Below the pieces are notes generated by a model that saw only the letters and a list, made by a program, of their open reading frames with translations, made no database searches and was not told where the DNA came from. A stretch of DNA of 46,129 nucleotides, from the NCBI GenBank assembly GCA_964612515.1, contig CAZTCX010000006.1, positions 1-46,129 of the forward strand. Reading direction: 5' to 3'. This DNA is from an uncultured Lentimicrobiaceae bacterium. GTDB lineage: Bacteria > Bacteroidota > Bacteroidia > Bacteroidales > 4484-276. Positions 40,400 to 46,129 of this stretch are shown one piece after another. Every line of letters starts with the position of its first letter. Positions within the stretch are counted from its first letter, which is position 1. A program made the position numbers and the translations under genes.

Positions 40400-41170
40400 T
40401 TACTTTACGTTCTCCAGATTCATCTTTTGTGCACCGAGCTTGGCGCCGATAAATTCGCGGTTCATGCGTGCAATATTTACAAGGGTGATTTCTTTTGGGC
40501 ACTCAGCTTCGCAGGCACCCGTGTTGGTGCAGCTTCCAAAGCCTTCCTTGTCCATTTGTCTCACCATTTTCTGTACACGACGTTTAGCTTCAATCTGTCC
40601 TTGCGGCAGCAGTGCAAGTTGCGATATTTTGGCAGAGACAAAAAGTACGGCTGAAGCATTTTTGCAAGCGGCCACGCAGGCGCCACATCCAATGCAGGCA
40701 GCAGCATCCATTGCTGCCTCGGCTTTTAGCTTGTTCACAGGGGTGTCGTTTGCATCGGGCGTACCACCGGTACTCACCGACACGTATCCACCAGCCTGTA
40801 TGATGCGGTCGAAAGCCGAGCGGTCAACCATCAAATCGCTGATGACAGGAAATGCCTTGGAGCGCCAGGGCTCTATGATTACCGTTTGCCCATCTTTAAA
40901 ATTTCGCATGTGCATCTGGCAAATGGTGATGGCCGAATCGGGGCCATGCGGTCTGCCGTTGACGTACAGGCTGCACGCTCCGCAGATGCCTTCGCGGCAG
41001 TCGCTGTCGAAATTTACAGGCACCTCACCCTTCATCACCTGCCCTTCGTTGAACTCGTCGAGCATCTCGAGAAATGAAGCGTCGGGAGAGACGTCTTTTA
41101 CTTCGTAGGTCTTAAAAGCCCCTTTGGATTTCGAATCTTTCTGTCGCCAGATTTTCAAAGTAAGATCCAT
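40400..41170 (-). CDS. sdhB: Succinate dehydrogenase / fumarate reductase iron-sulfur subunit
   Basis: 256 aa. The cluster ligands are CREGICGAC (2Fe-2S), [11 protein letters not shown] (4Fe-4S) and [12 protein letters not shown] (3Fe-4S). Confidence 0.9.
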   Translation of the reverse strand: MDLTLKIWRQKDSKSKGAFKTYEVKDVSPDASFLEMLDEFNEGQVMKGEVPVNFDSDCREGICGACSLYVNGRPHGPDSAITICQMHMRNFKDGQTVIIEPWRSKAFPVISDLMVDRSAFDRIIQAGGYVSVSTGGTPDANDTPVNKLKAEAAMDAAACIGCGACVAACKNASAVLFVSAKISQLALLPQGQIEAKRRVQKMVRQMDKEGFGSCTNTGACEAECPKEITLVNIARMNREFIGAKLGAQKMNLENVK

Positions 41171-41181
41171 AGCTGTGCGTT

Positions 41182-43125
41182 TTATTCTTTATAATTTCTT
41201 GTTTTCACTTCAATAAACTCATACTTGAGCGGTTCAATATGTTTTTCAGGGACGGCGTCAGTACCTTTCCATTCCCAGGCAAACACGTTGGTATAGTTGA
41301 GATCGTCGCGCAGGGCTTCACCTTCGGGCGTCTGATACTCCAGGCGGAAATGCCCGCCGCACGATTCGTTACGTTCTATGGCGTCGCGTGCCATCAGTTC
41401 GCCTAATTCCAGATAATCCACCAGGCGCCATGCTTTTTCGAGTTCTGCGTTTTTACCACTAATGTCACCCGGAATCTTTACGTCTTTCCAGAATTCAGCC
41501 CGCAGTTTTTGGATCATCTCGATGCCTTCCTGCAAGCCCTCTTTGGTGCGTCCCATGCCTATGTGATCCCACATGATGTGTCCCAACTTACGGTGGAATG
41601 TATCGACGGTTTGATTTCCTTTGATGGCAAGAAGTTTTTGCAACTGATCCTTAACACTTTTTTCGGCTGCATCAAAAGCAGGCTGCTTGGTGCTGATGAA
41701 AGGAACGGAGATCTGGTCAGCCAGATAATTCTGGATGGTGTAAGGCAGTACAAAATATCCATCTGACAAGCCCTGCATGAGCGCTGAGGCTCCGAGCCTG
41801 TTGGCTCCGTGATCGGAGAAGTTGGCTTCGCCGGCAGCAAAAAGTCCGGGAATGGTGGTTTGTAATTCGTAATCCACCCACAGGCCGCCCATGGTGTAAT
41901 GCACCGCGGGAAAGATCATCATGGGAGTTTCGTAAGGATTTTCATCCACAATTTTTTCGTACATCTGGAAGAGGTTGCCGTAGCGGGCTTTTATTACGTC
42001 GATGCCCAGACGTTTTATTGCATCTTCGAAGTCGAGATAAACGGCCCTGCCCGTATTGCCCACGCCAAAGCCGGCATCGCAGCGCTCCTTGGCAGCACGC
42101 GAAGCTACGTCGCGGGGCACCAGGTTGCCAAAAGCCGGATAACGGCGCTCGAGGTAATAGTCGCGGTTTTCTTCTGATATTTCAGTAGGCTTCAATGTGC
42201 CCTTCTGAATCTTTTCGGCATCCTCCTTTTTCTTAGGAACCCAGATGCGTCCGTCGTTGCGGAGGCTTTCGCTCATCAGCGTAAGCTTGCTCTGATATTC
42301 GCCATGCACAGGAATGCAGGTAGGGTGTATTTGTGTAAAAGCAGGGTTAGCAAATGCGGCGCCGCGCTTGTAGGAACGCCAGGCCGCGCTACCGTTGGAG
42401 TTCATAGCGTTGGTAGAAAGGAAAAATACGTTTCCATAGCCGCCCGTTGCCAACACCACTGCATGTGCAGCGTGGCGTTCGATCTCACCGGTTATCAAAT
42501 TTCGGGTGATGATGCCGCGGGCGCGTCCGTCAACCACTACCAGGTCGAGCATTTCCTGCCGGGTGTAAAGTTTTACGGATCCATTGTGAATCTCTTTGCT
42601 CAGCGCACCATAGGCGCCCAACAGAAGTTGTTGTCCGGTTTGTCCGCGAGCATAGAAAGTACGCGATACCAGTGCGCCGCCAAAAGAGCGGTTGTCGAGG
42701 TATCCGCTGTATTCACGGGCAAAAGGTACGCCCTGTGCCACACACTGATCGATGATGGCGTTGCTCACTTCGGCAAGGCGATATACATTGGACTCACGCG
42801 AGCGGTAGTCGCCACCTTTGATGGTATCGTAAAACAAACGGTAAACACTGTCGCCGTCGTTGGGATAATTCTTGGCAGCATTGATACCGCCCTGAGCTGC
42901 GATGCTGTGCGCCCGGCGCGGGCTGTCGAGAAGTGTGAATATCTTGACCTTGAATCCCAGCTCGCCGAAACTTGCCGCCGCTGCCGCTCCTGCCAAGCCA
43001 GTACCCACAACAATAATTTCCAGTTTGCGCTTGTTGGCCGGGTTCACTAGCTTTTGCGAATTTTTATAGTTTGCCCACTTTTGCTCTAATGGCCCTTCGG
43101 GGGATTTCGATTCTAATTTTATCAT
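41182..43125 (-). CDS. sdhA: Succinate dehydrogenase / fumarate reductase flavoprotein subunit
   Basis: 647 aa. It has the FAD-binding motif [24 protein letters not shown] with the covalent-FAD His context, HYTMGG and ESCGGHFR motifs. Confidence 0.9.
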   Translation of the reverse strand: MIKLESKSPEGPLEQKWANYKNSQKLVNPANKRKLEIIVVGTGLAGAAAAASFGELGFKVKIFTLLDSPRRAHSIAAQGGINAAKNYPNDGDSVYRLFYDTIKGGDYRSRESNVYRLAEVSNAIIDQCVAQGVPFAREYSGYLDNRSFGGALVSRTFYARGQTGQQLLLGAYGALSKEIHNGSVKLYTRQEMLDLVVVDGRARGIITRNLITGEIERHAAHAVVLATGGYGNVFFLSTNAMNSNGSAAWRSYKRGAAFANPAFTQIHPTCIPVHGEYQSKLTLMSESLRNDGRIWVPKKKEDAEKIQKGTLKPTEISEENRDYYLERRYPAFGNLVPRDVASRAAKERCDAGFGVGNTGRAVYLDFEDAIKRLGIDVIKARYGNLFQMYEKIVDENPYETPMMIFPAVHYTMGGLWVDYELQTTIPGLFAAGEANFSDHGANRLGASALMQGLSDGYFVLPYTIQNYLADQISVPFISTKQPAFDAAEKSVKDQLQKLLAIKGNQTVDTFHRKLGHIMWDHIGMGRTKEGLQEGIEMIQKLRAEFWKDVKIPGDISGKNAELEKAWRLVDYLELGELMARDAIERNESCGGHFRLEYQTPEGEALRDDLNYTNVFAWEWKGTDAVPEKHIEPLKYEFIEVKTRNYKE

Positions 43126-43137
43126 AGCTATCGATAA

Positions 43138-43842
43138 TTATACTTGAATACTTTTACTAAAATAAATAACCAGTGGAATCACTGTAAATCCAATGCCTAA
43201 CAAGATGGCAATGACGTCGCTTAGTCTTTTAAGAAATGGCATGTACTTGCTGTGGTTCAGCCCGAGCGATTGAAATGCCGACTGAAAAGCATGATCAAGA
43301 TGGAATGCCAGCATCAAAAAAGCAACGATGTACCCTATTACAAACCAACCATTCTTAAACTTTAAGACTATGAGCGCTCCCAAATCGTGAATGGTATTGC
43401 CATCATAGGTCACATTGGGAACATCGCCAAGAAGCTTGGCTTTTACATAAAAGTCCATCATGTGGATCACCAGGAAGATAAGGATGACGATCCCGGTATG
43501 AATCATAAACTTGGAAAATACCGAAGTATGCGACCATCCCTCTACTTTGTACCGATGTGGGCGTGCCATCCAGTTCTGGATTTGTATTATAAATCCAAGA
43601 ATGATGTGAATCAAAAAGCCGGCAAAGAGAACCACTTCGAGTATCTGCATCACGAAAAACGTAGTCATAAAATGAGCCGCTTTGTTAAAGATTTCCCTGT
43701 CGGCGGTGGTCTCGTTTCCCGGAATCAGCAAAGTAAGATTGATACCCAGATGAATGAACAAAAACGTGATGAGAAACAGTCCCACCACAGCCATGATGGC
43801 CTTTTTTGTGAGGGTGGAGTAGTGCAATGAATAACTGCTCAT
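43138..43842 (-). CDS. sdhC: Succinate dehydrogenase / fumarate reductase cytochrome b subunit (Bacteroidota type)
   Basis: 234 aa and polytopic, with conserved His residues in the TM helices. It is the first gene of the C-A-B order seen in Bacteroides frdCAB. Confidence 0.8.
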   Translation of the reverse strand: MSSYSLHYSTLTKKAIMAVVGLFLITFLFIHLGINLTLLIPGNETTADREIFNKAAHFMTTFFVMQILEVVLFAGFLIHIILGFIIQIQNWMARPHRYKVEGWSHTSVFSKFMIHTGIVILIFLVIHMMDFYVKAKLLGDVPNVTYDGNTIHDLGALIVLKFKNGWFVIGYIVAFLMLAFHLDHAFQSAFQSLGLNHSKYMPFLKRLSDVIAILLGIGFTVIPLVIYFSKSIQV

Positions 43843-43918
43843 AGGATTATGTTTTTCGAATATTAAAGTTCTTAATTTTTTCAGCTTACTAAAAAAAGTT
43901 TCTTTTGTAAGTCACGAG

Positions 43919-43926
43919 CAAATTTA
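43919..43926 (-). promoter_or_regulatory. Candidate -7 box (TAAATTTG on the minus strand) for sdhCAB
   Basis: It matches TAnnTTTG and lies 77-84 nt upstream of the sdhC ATG. I found no matching -33 TTTG. Confidence 0.3.
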
Positions 43927-44007
43927 GAGTTAATATCATTTGTAGCGATTCTAAATACGTCTTCCGACATAATTTGTAACCTTTTTAAATAATAATCGCC
44001 TGATAAA

Positions 44008-45279
44008 ATGACCCCATTTCCCTCTTCACAATTTTTTAAAGACCATCGGGAACGGTTTATAAAATTGATAGAACCTAACAGCATAGCGGTTTTTGGCTCG
44101 CCAGTATCCGGTATTTCTACCGCCATCGATTTTTACTACCTCACCGGAATAGGTTCCCCGGGATGTTTGCTCGTGTTGGCGCCCGATCATCCGGAACCTG
44201 CCTGGCGTGAGGTACTTTTTGTTCCGGAGCTTACGCAAAAAGAGATTATTTGGGGCACCGATAAAATTTTGGCCTCTGACGCAGCATCCATTTCCGGAAT
44301 TGATGAAATACATCCGCACAAAGCGGCCGAAAGTATGCTGACCGAATATTTTGCCTGGTGCCGGCAGGTCTATTTGGATTTCCCTGAGCATCGGCCTGCT
44401 GCTATTTTTGATGGAACTCAGCAAAATTCTGTGGAATTGAAGCTAATGAAACGTTATCCGGTTCACCGTTATCTGCGTTCCGCTCCATTACTTACGAGGC
44501 TACGCATGATAAAAGATACCTCTGAGCAAAATTTTATTGCGCAAGCGATATCAATTACAGCCGCCGCTTTTGACAGGGCGTTGCGTTTTATTACTCCCGG
44601 CGTTGCCGAATATCAGGTGCAGGCAGAGATTGAACATGAGTTCCGTTACAGCGGCGTCACCAATAATGCTTTTCCAACCATTGTGGCTTCCGGGAAAAAT
44701 GCCTGCATATTGCACTATTCGCGCAACAGCGCAAAATGTGATGATGGCAGCCTTTTGTTACTTGATTTTGGAGCTCAGGCAAGCGGCTACGCGGCCGACA
44801 TTTCGCGCACCATTCCGGTAAACGGGAAATTTACTACCCGCCAACGGCAACTTTATGAGCTGGTGCTGAATGTTCAAAGAGAAATCATCGGCCGGATGAC
44901 GGTGGGAGCAACCCTGCATGAACTCAACAAATTTGCAGGACAACGGATGGAAGAAGCGCTGATAAAGGCTGGCCTGCTCGACGCTGATGAAGTAGCAAGG
45001 CAGGAGGAAAAGCAGCCACTTTACAAAAAATATTACATGCATAGCGTGGCGCATCACCTCGGGCTTGAGGTGCACGACGCATCACATAAATATGAACCTT
45101 TGGCTGAAGGCATGGTTTTAACCTGCGAGCCGGGAATGTACATCCCCGAAGAAGCCATCGGCATCCGCATTGAAGACGACATCCTCATTACCGCCAACGG
45201 GCCGGTGATTCTTTCAGCGGAAATACCTGTAAATCCCAACGACATCGAAAGAATGATGAAACAGTACCATAATTTATAA
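44008..45279 (+). CDS. pepP: Xaa-Pro aminopeptidase (M24B family)
   Basis: 423 aa with the pita-bread fold metal ligands: LLLLDFGAQASGYAADISRT, HSVAHHLGLEVHD, LTCEPGMY and IRIEDDILIT. Confidence 0.85.
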   Translation: MTPFPSSQFFKDHRERFIKLIEPNSIAVFGSPVSGISTAIDFYYLTGIGSPGCLLVLAPDHPEPAWREVLFVPELTQKEIIWGTDKILASDAASISGIDEIHPHKAAESMLTEYFAWCRQVYLDFPEHRPAAIFDGTQQNSVELKLMKRYPVHRYLRSAPLLTRLRMIKDTSEQNFIAQAISITAAAFDRALRFITPGVAEYQVQAEIEHEFRYSGVTNNAFPTIVASGKNACILHYSRNSAKCDDGSLLLLDFGAQASGYAADISRTIPVNGKFTTRQRQLYELVLNVQREIIGRMTVGATLHELNKFAGQRMEEALIKAGLLDADEVARQEEKQPLYKKYYMHSVAHHLGLEVHDASHKYEPLAEGMVLTCEPGMYIPEEAIGIRIEDDILITANGPVILSAEIPVNPNDIERMMKQYHNL

Positions 45280-45285
45280 AATGCC

Positions 45286-46101
45286 ATGAATAAAACCATA
45301 ATTTACAATCACAGAAAAATTCATTTTACCGATCAGGGGCAAGGCGATGCGGTTGTTTTACTGCATGGCTTCCTTGGTTCGCTGCACATCTGGGACTACT
45401 TTTCACGCGAACTGTCGTCACAATTCAGAGTTGTAGTCATTGATTTGCCGGGACATGGAAGCTCTGAGGTTATCGAGGAGGCAAGCATGGAAACCCTGGC
45501 CGCGTCAGTAAAAGCCGTTTTAGATTCTCTTCAAATCAGCTTGTGTCTGGTTGTAGGGCATTCGATGGGCGGATATGTGGCGCTGGAGTTTGCGCGGCAA
45601 AATCAACAAGCGCTGCGCGGGCTTTGCCTTTTCCATTCCCATGCTTCCGCTGATACCGAGGAAGCCAAGGAAAATCGCCGGCGTACCATCAACATCGTGC
45701 GCCTCAACCACGATGGGTTTGTCCGACAATTTATTCCCAATTTGTTTGCAGAATCCAATATTGAGCGTCTTTCCAACGAGATAAATCAACTTCAGAAATT
45801 CGCTGCTGAAGTTTCAGTGGATGGTATTGTTGCCGCGCTCGAAGCCATGGGCGGGCGCTCAGGGGCTATTGAGTTGTTACAAAATATTGAAGTGCCCGTG
45901 CTCTTCATTGCCGGCAAAGATGATTCGCGCATTGCGGTGCATAAAATTATGTCGCAGGCAATGCTACCCCAACATGCAGAGGTATTGATACTTTCAAACG
46001 TTGGCCACATGGGATTTGTGGAAGCGCCTGAAAAGACGTTGCCGGTACTGCGCGATTTTGCTATTCGCACTTTTAGGCGTAATGGACATTTTTTAGGCTA
46101 A
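45286..46101 (+). CDS. Alpha/beta-fold hydrolase
   Basis: 271 aa with an HGFLGS oxyanion-region motif, the nucleophile elbow GHSMGG, and a C-terminal GHMGF catalytic His context. Confidence 0.8.
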   Translation: MNKTIIYNHRKIHFTDQGQGDAVVLLHGFLGSLHIWDYFSRELSSQFRVVVIDLPGHGSSEVIEEASMETLAASVKAVLDSLQISLCLVVGHSMGGYVALEFARQNQQALRGLCLFHSHASADTEEAKENRRRTINIVRLNHDGFVRQFIPNLFAESNIERLSNEINQLQKFAAEVSVDGIVAALEAMGGRSGAIELLQNIEVPVLFIAGKDDSRIAVHKIMSQAMLPQHAEVLILSNVGHMGFVEAPEKTLPVLRDFAIRTFRRNGHFLG

Positions 46102-46129
46102 AATCTTCTGTAATGCTTGATAGTATTAG

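Noticed and set aside
1-46129. Mobile-element or genomic-island boundaries (integrase, transposase, tRNA attachment site, flanking direct repeats), and a diversity-generating retroelement that could target the repeat protein.
   Set aside because: No reverse transcriptase, integrase, transposase or tRNA gene is present in any frame that I could recognise. The variability mechanism supported by the sequence is intragenic recombination, not a DGR.

Overview
This 46.1-kb window looks chromosomal and Bacteroidota-like. The evidence is two proteins ending in type-A T9SS sorting domains, TAnnTTTG-type promoter boxes, a tetR-tolC-MFP-RND operon and a Bacteroides-type sdhCAB/frdCAB operon. I saw no rRNA, tRNA, CRISPR array, transposase or integrase. 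One third of the window (3452-18931, minus strand) is a single 15.5-kb ORF encoding a 5,159-aa secreted protein. It has a signal peptide, an N-terminal head domain, about 50 tandem copies of a ~87-aa Cys-containing module that I cannot assign to a named family, an Ig-like domain, a second copy of the head-type domain, and a T9SS C-terminal sorting domain. Inside the array is a nested super-repeat: a 13-module block, then a 6-module deletion derivative with a chimeric junction module, then a 5-module copy. This gene is my candidate for the undescribed system. A second candidate is a small module at 31.9-34.5 kb. It pairs a secreted Cys/Lys-rich mini-protein carrying two 16-aa repeats with a divergently transcribed histidine kinase and OmpR-type regulator. 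The shared intergenic region holds four TGTTAA direct repeats spaced 11/10/11 bp, abutting a good TTTG-N20-TAnnTTTG promoter. The rest is ordinary. It comprises a partial DPP-IV-like peptidase (missing from the ORF track because it is edge-truncated), a VapBC-like toxin-antitoxin pair, folC, a DAACS symporter, a BNR/sialidase-like T9SS cargo and two tandem TetR paralogs. It also holds FKBP, dtd, OsmC, a small-gene islet (GNAT, SnoaL, GIY-YIG-like, DUF4256, MORN/YwqK), pepP and an alpha/beta hydrolase. All calls come from reading the translations and sequence by eye. No database searches were run.
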